From: Cytophagales bacterium
GTDB taxonomy: Bacteria > Bacteroidota > Bacteroidia > Cytophagales > JAAEPT01
NCBI GenBank assembly: GCA_965230415.1
Contig: CBDDKZ010000001.1
Location: 77,184 to 141,183, forward strand
Reading direction: 5' to 3'
Length of the DNA: 64,000 bases
Part shown: positions 29,248 to 38,638 of the stretch, piece after piece
Numbering within the stretch: the first letter of the stretch is position 1
Layout: every line of letters begins with the position of its first letter
The notes under the pieces: model-generated
Told to the model about the DNA's origin: nothing
Database searches by the model: none
What the model saw: the letters and a program-made list of their open reading frames with translations, nothing else
Translations under genes and position numbers: made by a program

Positions 29248-32115
29248 CTATTCTACTACTATTTTCTGACTCCAATAACGGCCGTCTGCAAAGGCCTTGA
29301 GCAAGTACATCCCTGTGTTTAGCTTACTTACAGGAAACTGAAAACTGGTAGATTCGGGTTTAAGGGAAGCAACTACCTGGCCTCTCTGATCAACCAGCTC
29401 TACGCGCTCTAACAGCTCTTCGCTATCAAAAACGATACTTTCTCCTGCGCGCACCGGGTTTGGAAAGGTCCTGATTTCAAAGTTGATGATTGGCAGCACA
29501 CCAACACAAATATCCGCGCAAGAGCCACCGCAGTCAACGCCGTCTTCATCGCCACTTTGTACACCATCCACACAATGTTGCGCCTGGATGTATTCAAATA
29601 TTACTTTGTCAATATGTAATGTATCTTCCTCAGCTAGTATCTTGAGAACGGCGTCTTCCATCGCATTTAAATGAACTGCTTCCAATTCAACTTTTGCAAA
29701 CGAACTTACGGAATTGGTGTTTTCCACTTCTACCTCGTCTATCAACTCATCATCAAGATAGAAGCTTAATTTTGCACCACTGCTCACTGTACTACCTACA
29801 TAAAATTCAATATCATAAATTCCTTCTTTTACATCCACTGTATATTCCATCCACTCGTCTTTGGCAAAAGTACCTACCGCGTATCCATCTGTCAGTTTAT
29901 AGATATCGACAGTTTCGCTTGCCCGGTACACCGTGTCACCTGCTCTGATAGTATCGTCATGGTATGCCACGGATTCGCCTCCTTCATCAAAATATTCTGC
30001 TTCTATAATACCTGGAATTTGTAATTTCCATCCATTGAAAGATAACTGCATAGCATCTTTTTCCACAAACACTGCCGTGATATTCAAATCTTTATACAAA
30101 TAGGTCTTAAACACTTGTTCTTCGGACTCAATATCGCCCGTCCAGTGCGAAAAGCGATAGCCGCTGGCTGCCTGAGGAATTAATGTCAACAAAGTACACT
30201 CTCCATAGACTCCATCGGCTGTATTTACAGCCCCCTCTCCTACTACATCAACTGTTAACTCAAAGCTGCTGCCACAATAGGCAAATCCACTTACTGACCA
30301 ATCAAGTACGTTCTCTCCAACAACTAAGTCTTCGATAGGTCCCACAGTAGGGGTACTATCCCTCATACTAAGATCATAGTCACCATTGACCGTAATTGGA
30401 TTTCCAAATTGATCTTCAATTCCCTGTCTGGGCAGTGGTATTCTACCGATAAGCTCATTAGTAACCAAAGGAGTATTCATATCCTGGAAAGAATCATCCA
30501 TCGTAAATGACACCGTCGCGCTGGTTGGCGTCTCACTAATATTAAAGTCGATAGATGCGTCACTTTCAGTGGCATCTGTACCTCCCGGGCTCAAAGGAGC
30601 ACCCTCCATATACAGGTTATTATTGATAACGCCCCCTTCATCACTATAAGCGAAAAAATTGCTGGATGTTGAAAACCCTGCTATAATATTGTTATACACT
30701 TTATTATATACGTTTTGAACATTGGTAAATAAATAGATCTCAGCCGTATGTGGATTTACCACATAAGCGCCTCTACCTTCTCCGCCACTTACCTGATCAA
30801 AATATTGAATACCGTAGTTTATATGGCAACGGTATAATAGATTATGTGCCAGAATCGTTCCTCCCGAATGACAATCGATTCCCCGATCTGAGCCATTACC
30901 TACAAAAATGTTATTATCCAGGAGATTTGGTCCAAAATTCGCCTCCAGCCAAATGGCATCGCCACTATTATCATATACAATGTTTCTGGTAATACGAGTA
31001 CCCTGGTTTGCATAGTCGATCCACATACCAAAAACAGAGTAATTGCTCTTATATACCCTTCTAATTACGTTACTCTCTATCGTTAAATCCGTACAATTCC
31101 ATACTTTCAAACCAGCTGTTTCAAAACCACCTAACAGTCGATCGGTGTTAATATCTTCGATCAGGTTACCTTTGATTAAGGATCTGGAAAAGCCTTTTTG
31201 ACCCGCAATACCATATTCTCCACAATTGGTAATAATATTATTTTGAACAGTATGCCCTCCATATAAATCCAGGTTAGAATGCGCTACTCCTGCCGTAAAA
31301 GATTCTCCCATCATTATACCTGCAGTTTTGGAAAAGCTTACCTCACAGTTTTGAATAACCCAACCTTTTCCCATTTTAGAACCAACAGCACCTACCTGGG
31401 TTATATTGGGAGTAGCTCCTCCGTCATTCGGTGCCTGCCAGTTTGGTGCAGCGTGGTAAAAGTGTAAACCATCCACTACGATATAGTCTATTCTTCCTTT
31501 TGTCGGAAAAAACAGGAGTTCCCGCACATTGATCTCAGTCATATTGATATTTGGATCCAAACCTGCAAAATTGGCGGTAATAAGTACTGAATCAACAAGG
31601 TCATCTACTTTCCAAAAAAAGTTCGATTCACTAAGATCACTTGATCTTGTCTCTTTTAACTTCTTATGATTTATATAAACTTCTCCTCTGTGGTATTGCT
31701 GCCCTTGTAATTGAAAATCTCCATCGACATTCAATAAATAAGGGTTATAGTCACCAAAAAAACTATTAGGAATTTTGACTTGCCATAATTCGGTATTAAT
31801 GCGTTTCCAGTTTTCAATGACCTCCGAACCTTTTATGTATACAATGTCGTTTTCAAAATTCTTATATACAATGGGTAATCCGGCTTCACCTGAATTCTGA
31901 GGATTTACATACTCCCTATAAGTTCCTGAATGAATCAGCACCGTATCACCTGCAACAGCTACTTCTGCGGCTTTAGAAACGCTTAGAAATGGCGAAACCT
32001 CTGTGCCATCATTACCATCATCACCGTCCTTGGACACATGATATACCATGGCCTTCACTAATAAGCTACTTAACAAGAACGAAACCAATACTACCTTCTT
32101 CAACGAATTCATCAT
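29248..32115 (-). CDS. T9SS-secreted right-handed beta-helix glycosidase (GH120-like) with bacterial repeat, CBM6-like module and Cys-rich repeat
   Basis: YHVSKDGDDGNDGT...HSGTYREYVNP (DUF1565), EINVR, GSKMGKGWVIQNC, IPGIIEAEYFDEGGESVAYHD (CBM6), CVDGVQSGDEDGVDCGGSC and CTD FPNPV...GMYLLK. Confidence 0.8.
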   Translation of the reverse strand: MMNSLKKVVLVSFLLSSLLVKAMVYHVSKDGDDGNDGTEVSPFLSVSKAAEVAVAGDTVLIHSGTYREYVNPQNSGEAGLPIVYKNFENDIVYIKGSEVIENWKRINTELWQVKIPNSFFGDYNPYLLNVDGDFQLQGQQYHRGEVYINHKKLKETRSSDLSESNFFWKVDDLVDSVLITANFAGLDPNINMTEINVRELLFFPTKGRIDYIVVDGLHFYHAAPNWQAPNDGGATPNITQVGAVGSKMGKGWVIQNCEVSFSKTAGIMMGESFTAGVAHSNLDLYGGHTVQNNIITNCGEYGIAGQKGFSRSLIKGNLIEDINTDRLLGGFETAGLKVWNCTDLTIESNVIRRVYKSNYSVFGMWIDYANQGTRITRNIVYDNSGDAIWLEANFGPNLLDNNIFVGNGSDRGIDCHSGGTILAHNLLYRCHINYGIQYFDQVSGGEGRGAYVVNPHTAEIYLFTNVQNVYNKVYNNIIAGFSTSSNFFAYSDEGGVINNNLYMEGAPLSPGGTDATESDASIDFNISETPTSATVSFTMDDSFQDMNTPLVTNELIGRIPLPRQGIEDQFGNPITVNGDYDLSMRDSTPTVGPIEDLVVGENVLDWSVSGFAYCGSSFELTVDVVGEGAVNTADGVYGECTLLTLIPQAASGYRFSHWTGDIESEEQVFKTYLYKDLNITAVFVEKDAMQLSFNGWKLQIPGIIEAEYFDEGGESVAYHDDTIRAGDTVYRASETVDIYKLTDGYAVGTFAKDEWMEYTVDVKEGIYDIEFYVGSTVSSGAKLSFYLDDELIDEVEVENTNSVSSFAKVELEAVHLNAMEDAVLKILAEEDTLHIDKVIFEYIQAQHCVDGVQSGDEDGVDCGGSCADICVGVLPIINFEIRTFPNPVRAGESIVFDSEELLERVELVDQRGQVVASLKPESTSFQFPVSKLNTGMYLLKAFADGRYWSQKIVVE

Positions 32116-32260
32116 ATTAAACACTAGTCTTTATTAACTATAAAGTTAACCATTTTAAAAAAAATAGTTTCACTTTCACAAATGTAAGCATTGCCATTTG
32201 TATCGTTAATTTTTTATCTATTATTATCAGCTCTTTTATATATTTAAGAAGTATATTTAA

Positions 32261-33031
32261 ATGATGCCCATGTGCCTTTTTAGACTAGCCATTTTTTTTA
32301 TTATCATACTCCATAACGCTGCATACCTTTACGCACAAAGTCCGGTTTCGGATATAAAAGAAGAGGTAAAAAAAGACAAAACAAGCAGGACCGAATCTTC
32401 CGGCACTGACGATTCCGGAGATAACGATTTGGGAAGTAGCTTTATAGGTTTCCTCATTAGTGATGTATTATTCGAATTAATTGCGCCGGCACAATCCCTG
32501 GCATTAGCGAAGGACTCTATCTATAAGGAACGAAGCTCTTTACTATTGCCGGCGACTTTTGGCCTTGACAACCACGATTTATATTCAAACATAACTATTG
32601 CTTTAAGAGGAAATTGGGGTTTGTTTTCTTCCGAAGTTCGTTTTCATCAATTTAACGACCGGTTTGAAACGTTAAATAGCATCGATTACCAGATTGCCAT
32701 ACTCCGAATTCCTGTTTTAAGTGTAAACCTGGAAGCCGGCTTAGGTCTCATCCGGCTTCTGGACCCCGAGTATACTTATGGAGAATACCTCATCGGGATT
32801 CAATGGAGGCTAGCCAATAAGCTTACAAATCTTTCAATCCACCGAAGAGGCTCGTTTAATAATGAAAGTGACATTAAGTTCAGAAAAGAGACTTCTATAG
32901 AATTATATCACATTTTAGACAATGCTCCTGTCTTTAAAATAGCACCTATGGTGCTCTACAGACACCAGAATTATTTCAATAAATTCTCCTATCATTTTTT
33001 TGGAGTCGGAATTAATATTATTTTCGAATAG
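32261..33031 (+). CDS. Hypothetical outer-membrane beta-barrel-like protein
   Basis: Signal peptide, S/D-rich linker, amphipathic strands and C-terminal FFGVGINIIFE. Confidence 0.6.
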   Translation: MMPMCLFRLAIFFIIILHNAAYLYAQSPVSDIKEEVKKDKTSRTESSGTDDSGDNDLGSSFIGFLISDVLFELIAPAQSLALAKDSIYKERSSLLLPATFGLDNHDLYSNITIALRGNWGLFSSEVRFHQFNDRFETLNSIDYQIAILRIPVLSVNLEAGLGLIRLLDPEYTYGEYLIGIQWRLANKLTNLSIHRRGSFNNESDIKFRKETSIELYHILDNAPVFKIAPMVLYRHQNYFNKFSYHFFGVGINIIFE

Positions 33032-33098
33032 AATTAAGAAAGAGAGTGCTTATGATCACTTGCTATCTCAATTATTTCCATTTTCAGCTCATAATGTG

Positions 33099-33818
33099 AT
33101 GAAAATATTCTACACCAGTGTTATTATTTTCCTGTTGTTAATTCCCCCCTCCTTGTCGCAACAATATGAACGGGGAGACAAGTTATATATTTGGGATATT
33201 TATGGCACGGAACTTATTTCCTCTTTGAATAACCCTAAAATTGACACGCAATATTTAGCGCACGGCGAATCTATTGAATTTATAGCGCTTGCGAAATCTT
33301 CTAATTTGACTAAAACCTACCAAGGTGTTCTTAATTATGAAGGAAGTTACCTGAAAGTAAAATCGTCGAAGGGAGTAGGCTTCATATTCAGCGGTGCCAT
33401 CTCATCGGTAGATATTAATCCAATAATAGTAAATAGATACGATTACTTCCCTGAACATATATTGGGTAGCAAACTCGAAGAGCATGAAAATGATAAAACA
33501 ATCCAAGTGGACAATGAACAAATGGTGATGAAAGAAACGGTCACCGTTTATGAAAACGGCAACCACGTATTCACCCCATTCGATGGCTGCTACCTCAACT
33601 CCTACCAATTCAAAACCTTATCGCTGATTGAGACTTATCATTTGATGATGAACTTATACAGCTGGGATATTGACAATTACTCAGTAACGCCCAAATTTAC
33701 CGGAACTATAGAAAACGGCTTTACTTTTACCGAAGGTACCATTGCCATCGAACTAATCGAGTTGGACGGCATCTATGAAATACATACTTCCGACTGTGAA
33801 CAGGCAAAGAAACGCTAA
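33099..33818 (+). CDS. Hypothetical secreted protein (SH3-like N-terminus)
   Basis: ATG 33099 gives a signal peptide; GDKLYIW...LAHGE...YLKV...GFIFSG resembles bacterial SH3 domains. Confidence 0.6.
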   Translation: MKIFYTSVIIFLLLIPPSLSQQYERGDKLYIWDIYGTELISSLNNPKIDTQYLAHGESIEFIALAKSSNLTKTYQGVLNYEGSYLKVKSSKGVGFIFSGAISSVDINPIIVNRYDYFPEHILGSKLEEHENDKTIQVDNEQMVMKETVTVYENGNHVFTPFDGCYLNSYQFKTLSLIETYHLMMNLYSWDIDNYSVTPKFTGTIENGFTFTEGTIAIELIELDGIYEIHTSDCEQAKKR

Positions 33819-33884
33819 TCATTGAACTTTGCTCATAGCCATGGTGTTTTCACGCTATCACTATTCGAACACAAAAGGACTGAG

Positions 33885-34559
33885 ATGAAAAAAGAAGAAT
33901 TAACAGAAGATGACCTGCGCCAAATTGCAGCCCAGTTAAGAACCCCAACAGGTGAGGCGGGCATTGAAGTTGGCAATATGATGAATGTTTCCAATTCCAC
34001 AATGATTGCACCTACAATTGATCTTTTAAAGGCAGAACCCGGTCATAAAGTATTGGAAATTGGTCATGGCAATGCCAAACATCTAAGTGATCTGTTTGAG
34101 TGTTACCCGGAAATCGAATATATGGGACTGGATATTTCAGAGATTATGCACAAAGAAGCGCAGCAATATGCTGAAGCAACATTCCCTGCTAAAAATGTCA
34201 GTTTTGAACTTTACGAAGGAGAGAAAATTCCTTTTCCGGATGCTTCTTTTGATCGTATATTCACTGTTAACACCCTTTACTTTTGGGCCAAACCCGAAGA
34301 ATTTGCACAAGAGCTATACAGGATTGCACGTCCAAATGGCCTTGTGTTCATTACATTTGTACAAAAGAGCACCATGCTGGAGCTAGCAGTAGCGAAATAT
34401 GGGTTTCAAATTTATGATGACGATGAGGTGAAGTCACTTTTTGCTACTACCAATTTTAGTCAAGTAGCATTTAACGACATGCAAGATACTTTCAAAGGTC
34501 TGGCCGGTGAATTCAAAAACAGGGATTTCACTATAGCGGTGTTTAAAAAAGAAAAATGA
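33885..34559 (+). CDS. Class I SAM-dependent methyltransferase
   Basis: AAQLRTPTG, VLEIGHGNA, GLDIS, FDRIFTVNTLYFW. Confidence 0.9.
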   Translation: MKKEELTEDDLRQIAAQLRTPTGEAGIEVGNMMNVSNSTMIAPTIDLLKAEPGHKVLEIGHGNAKHLSDLFECYPEIEYMGLDISEIMHKEAQQYAEATFPAKNVSFELYEGEKIPFPDASFDRIFTVNTLYFWAKPEEFAQELYRIARPNGLVFITFVQKSTMLELAVAKYGFQIYDDDEVKSLFATTNFSQVAFNDMQDTFKGLAGEFKNRDFTIAVFKKEK

Positions 34560-35678
34560 TTATTGAACGGAGGTGAGCTTAATCTCGAAAAGTTTAGGCC
34601 AGTTTTTACCAGTTACAAACAATCTATCTTCGTTTTGCAGGTAAGCGATTCCGTTTAACACATCGATATCAGTATGCCTGTCCTCCGGTCTTAATAGACC
34701 TTTAAGGTTAATTAGTTCTATAACAGAAGCTTTATCCGGGTCTATGATAACGATATTATCTGTCTGATAAACATTGGCATAGATTAAACCATTAACAAAT
34801 TCCAATTCATTTAATTGATTGACAGGGCCCTTATCGTCATAAATATTAATTTCCTTCTCAAGCGTAAAATCCTTAGGATTGATATAAAAAAGGGTATTGC
34901 TGCCATCGCTCATTATTAAAGATGTACCATCGTATGTAAGTCCCCACCCATCCATAACTGTCGGATAGGGCCAAACAGCAATTTCTTTGAAGGAATTTTT
35001 ATTATAAACATGTACTCTTTGCGATTTCCAGGTCAATTGAAAAATGGAATCCCCTACAATCGCCACACCTTCTCCAAAGTGTTCGTAGGGAAGCTTTTTT
35101 TCTTTAAGAACCTGCCCTGATTCATAATCGAGCTTTTTTAAAACAGACCGACCACGCATGCCTGTCCCTTCATACATATGCCCTTTGTCAAAAAGCAAAC
35201 CTTGTGTATAAGACTTTACATCATGGTTGAATACATTAACTATTTTAAATGAACGTTGCTTTGGTGTATTCCCCGCCAATAATTTTACGGTAAGGTCTTT
35301 CGTGTAAAATACCTTACCATCTTTATACAAGCTGCTCACCAAGTAATAGTTTCCGGGTAACATGGCTTTTGTATCCAATACAATAACACCACTTTCACCC
35401 TTAAGTGGTTTAACTATTGTATTATTAAACAAATAACGTACACTATCAACTTCACTGCTATCTACAGATAAATCTACTTTTACTTCAATTTTTTTACCTA
35501 CGTTATATTTGTGACCTCCGGACAAAGTCATATTTACCAGCCTTTTAGCAGGACGATTAATTTCGGATATAGCTGTAGAATTGTTTTGTTGGATATTGTT
35601 TGAATCCTTACCATCTGTACAAGACAAGATAAAAACAACTATGCATAGGTATAATGCATGACGCAAGCAGATTCTCAT
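34560..35678 (-). CDS. Glutaminyl-peptide cyclotransferase (type I, lipoprotein)
   Basis: Lipobox LSC; YTQGL, FGEG, QLTWK, GWGLT, LNELE, VLNGIAY, TGKNWP. Confidence 0.93.
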   Translation of the reverse strand: MRICLRHALYLCIVVFILSCTDGKDSNNIQQNNSTAISEINRPAKRLVNMTLSGGHKYNVGKKIEVKVDLSVDSSEVDSVRYLFNNTIVKPLKGESGVIVLDTKAMLPGNYYLVSSLYKDGKVFYTKDLTVKLLAGNTPKQRSFKIVNVFNHDVKSYTQGLLFDKGHMYEGTGMRGRSVLKKLDYESGQVLKEKKLPYEHFGEGVAIVGDSIFQLTWKSQRVHVYNKNSFKEIAVWPYPTVMDGWGLTYDGTSLIMSDGSNTLFYINPKDFTLEKEINIYDDKGPVNQLNELEFVNGLIYANVYQTDNIVIIDPDKASVIELINLKGLLRPEDRHTDIDVLNGIAYLQNEDRLFVTGKNWPKLFEIKLTSVQ

Positions 35679-35683
35679 AAAAC

Positions 35684-36115
35684 TCAGGAATTACAATTTT
35701 TACATATCCCTTTGATGTTCACTTCAACATCTTTAACGGTAAAGGAATCAGGGATATTGAAGCTAGGCACCAAATAATCCTCCAAACAAAAAATATTGTC
35801 ACACTTTTCACAATGAAAATGCATGTGCTTATGATAATGATCGTGCTCTGAACATACACCTACGCTAAGTGCGTACTTAGCCACACCATCTCCTGCCATC
35901 AATTTATGCGTCAAGCCCTTACTCTCAAAAGAATTAAGCGTTCGATACAATGTTACCCGGTCAAAGTCGGAAGGAAGCGCATCTTCCAGGTCTCCATGTG
36001 AAAGTGCATAATCCTTTTCCAGAAAAATTTTCAGCACTTCCTGTCTGGCTTTGGTAAGCCTTAAAGACTTGCTCTTCAACAAAGTATTTGCTGTATTACT
36101 TAAATCTTTCATCAA
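35684..36115 (-). CDS. Fur-family transcriptional regulator
   Basis: LRLTKAR, DRVTLYRTL, HMHFHCEKC, GICKNC. Confidence 0.92.
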   Translation of the reverse strand: MMKDLSNTANTLLKSKSLRLTKARQEVLKIFLEKDYALSHGDLEDALPSDFDRVTLYRTLNSFESKGLTHKLMAGDGVAKYALSVGVCSEHDHYHKHMHFHCEKCDNIFCLEDYLVPSFNIPDSFTVKDVEVNIKGICKNCNS

Positions 36116-36247
36116 AAACGAAAATAGACATTTCTCTTAAAAAAACTTAATAATTAGAGAGATGATTCAAAAATTATCATAATTTGTTAAAATGACCGTT
36201 TCTTGCCAAAGATTTTAGGATCCTGAATTTAATCATTAAATTTGCAC

Positions 36248-37282
36248 ATGGCTTCTAAGAACAAACCTTTACATAATCGTGTAAACGGAAAAGAATTAAA
36301 AGAACGATTAATAAATTCTACAGAGAAACGAACCACCATCTCTTTTTACAAATACCATCACATTGATGAGCCACATGATTTTAGGGACGAGCTTTTTCGC
36401 CTCTTACAGGATATAGATGTATTTGGAAGGATTTACCTGGCCAATGAGGGCATTAATGCACAAGTCAGCGTTCCTACTGATAAACTGGAGCAGTTTAAAA
36501 CCACATTATACAATATTCCATTTCTAAAGGGTGTTCGTCTAAACAATGCTTTTGAGGATAATGGCAAATCCTTTTTCAAGTTAATGATAAAAGTACGTAA
36601 GAAAATTGTAGCAGATGGATTGGACGACAGTACTTTTGACCCTTCTGATACGGGAGCTTACTTAACTGCCGAGAATTTCAATGAACTTACAGACAAAGAC
36701 GATACGATTTTAGTGGATATGCGTAACCACTACGAATCGGAAGTCGGACATTTTGAAGGGGCCCTACTTCCCGAGGCTGATACATTTAGGGAAGAGCTGC
36801 CGATGGTAGAAAAAATGCTTGAAAATGAAAAAGACAAACACATTGTAATGTACTGTACCGGAGGCATTCGCTGTGAAAAAGCCACCGCTTATTTTAAACA
36901 CAAGGGTTTCAAAAATGTATATCACCTGGAAGGAGGTATTATTAAATACGCTCAGGACGCAAAGGCCCAAGGACTAAAAAATAAATTCAAAGGAAAAAAC
37001 TTCGTTTTCGACGAAAGACTCGGAGAACGTATAAGTGATGAAATCATTAGTAGATGCCATCAATGCGGTATTCCATGCGATACACACGTTAATTGCGCGA
37101 ATGACGCCTGCCATCGTCTTTTCATTCAATGCGAAAAATGTAAACAAAATTTCGATGAATGTTGTTCAATTGAATGTAAAGAATTAAATTTAGTTTCTTC
37201 TTACAAAAAGAATGAATACAAAAACAAAATACAAAATGCTGGTTTCTTCAGAAATAGTCGAAAAAGACAATTAGACGACTAA
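36248..37282 (+). CDS. trhO: tRNA uridine(34) hydroxylase TrhO (rhodanese-domain, UPF0176)
   Basis: [42 protein letters not shown] and a Cys-rich C-terminus. Confidence 0.93.
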   Translation: MASKNKPLHNRVNGKELKERLINSTEKRTTISFYKYHHIDEPHDFRDELFRLLQDIDVFGRIYLANEGINAQVSVPTDKLEQFKTTLYNIPFLKGVRLNNAFEDNGKSFFKLMIKVRKKIVADGLDDSTFDPSDTGAYLTAENFNELTDKDDTILVDMRNHYESEVGHFEGALLPEADTFREELPMVEKMLENEKDKHIVMYCTGGIRCEKATAYFKHKGFKNVYHLEGGIIKYAQDAKAQGLKNKFKGKNFVFDERLGERISDEIISRCHQCGIPCDTHVNCANDACHRLFIQCEKCKQNFDECCSIECKELNLVSSYKKNEYKNKIQNAGFFRNSRKRQLDD

Positions 37283-37359
37283 ATATTCCTATAAAAATCA
37301 GTTTATTGTATGATCAAAAATTCCATAATTTACTTAAGTTTCATTAAATCCCGCACAAA

Positions 37360-37920
37360 ATGAAAAAAGAAGATTATTGGGGTGAAATCTGGATGGACTA
37401 TCGTGAAAGCGATTGGCGTGAAGATGAGCTTTTTAAAATTTCTAACTTCGGTAGAATAAAAAGCTTTAAAGTCAATAAGACAGATGGCAAATTGATGCCT
37501 GGTTCAAATTTGAACGGTTATTTGACACTTAACGCCACACGTAAAAACGGTAAGAACATATCCAGGTATATCCATAAGATTGTAGCGGAGCTTTTTCTTA
37601 CAAAAGGTCCCGATGCAAAGTATGTGCTTCACCTCGACTACGACAAGAGCAACAATCATGTTGACAATTTAAAATGGGCAACACTTAAAGAAAAAACCGC
37701 CCATCATTCTCAAAATCCTGAACGTTTAAAGTTTATTGGCAATCCTACCAATGCCAAATTAACCGAAAGTAAGGTAAAGCTAATTAAGAAAAAGCTCAAT
37801 GATCCGAACAGAAAAACCCGTATGAAAATGATTGCAAAGCAATTTGGAATCTCAGAAATGCAGCTTTGGCGCATTAAATCCGGGGAAAACTGGGGATATG
37901 TAAAAGCTGATGAAGATTAG
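37360..37920 (+). CDS. NUMOD4 plus HNH-like plus HTH protein
   Basis: EIW...KISNFGRIKS (NUMOD4), IHKIVAELF...VLHLDYDKSNNHVDNLKW (HNH_3-like), AKLTE...IAKQFGIS..QLWRIKSGENW. Confidence 0.85.
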   Translation: MKKEDYWGEIWMDYRESDWREDELFKISNFGRIKSFKVNKTDGKLMPGSNLNGYLTLNATRKNGKNISRYIHKIVAELFLTKGPDAKYVLHLDYDKSNNHVDNLKWATLKEKTAHHSQNPERLKFIGNPTNAKLTESKVKLIKKKLNDPNRKTRMKMIAKQFGISEMQLWRIKSGENWGYVKADED

Positions 37921-37937
37921 AGACTAATTTATCCTGG

Positions 37938-37966
37938 CACTGCGTAGCTAACTAACCTATGCAGTG
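37938..37966. terminator. Hairpin between convergent genes
   Basis: CACTGCGTAG-N9-CTATGCAGTG. Confidence 0.5.
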
Positions 37967-37978
37967 ACAGTGATATTT

Positions 37979-38638
37979 TTATATAATTCCGGCTTCCAGC
38001 GCTATTCGTACCAATTCAGCAACATTATTGGCATTCATCTTTTTCATCATGTTCAAACGATGTGACTCAATAGTTCGTACACTGATCCCAAGATTATCTG
38101 CTATTTCTTTATTGCTTAAGCCATTAGAAATCTGAGACAGTATATCTATCTCACGTCGTGACAGTTCTACATCTAAAGTCCTGACAGGCTTGGTACTACC
38201 CCCGTCTTCTGTACTATTGAGGTACCTGTCTATGATAAAACTGGATATATCATGGCCATAATACCTTTTCCCCTTGGCAACAGTTCTAATCGCATCCAGG
38301 AACTTGTATTTGTCTGCGTCTTTTAACACATAGCCAAGTGCCCCATACTCAACGGCCTCCAATACATACTCTTCAACATCAAACATGGATAAAATGAGAA
38401 TCTTAGTCCGGAGCCCAAGCTCTTTGATACGTTTCACACTTTCTATACCTGTCATCTCAGGCATCGAAACATCCATCACTAACAAATCGGGAGCTAATGT
38501 CGAAACCAGATCTATGGCTTCTTTGCCATTAGCGCCTTCTCCTATTACCTCAACATCGTCTTCGTTTTCCAGAAGTTGTTTAATACCATTTCTTACTATA
38601 TCGTGGTCATCGACCAACACAATCCGAATTTTAGACAT
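37979..38638 (-). CDS. NarL/LuxR-family response regulator
   Basis: LVDDH, MDVSMP, GYVLK and LuxR HTH LSRRE...ISVRTIESHR. Confidence 0.95.
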   Translation of the reverse strand: MSKIRIVLVDDHDIVRNGIKQLLENEDDVEVIGEGANGKEAIDLVSTLAPDLLVMDVSMPEMTGIESVKRIKELGLRTKILILSMFDVEEYVLEAVEYGALGYVLKDADKYKFLDAIRTVAKGKRYYGHDISSFIIDRYLNSTEDGGSTKPVRTLDVELSRREIDILSQISNGLSNKEIADNLGISVRTIESHRLNMMKKMNANNVAELVRIALEAGII

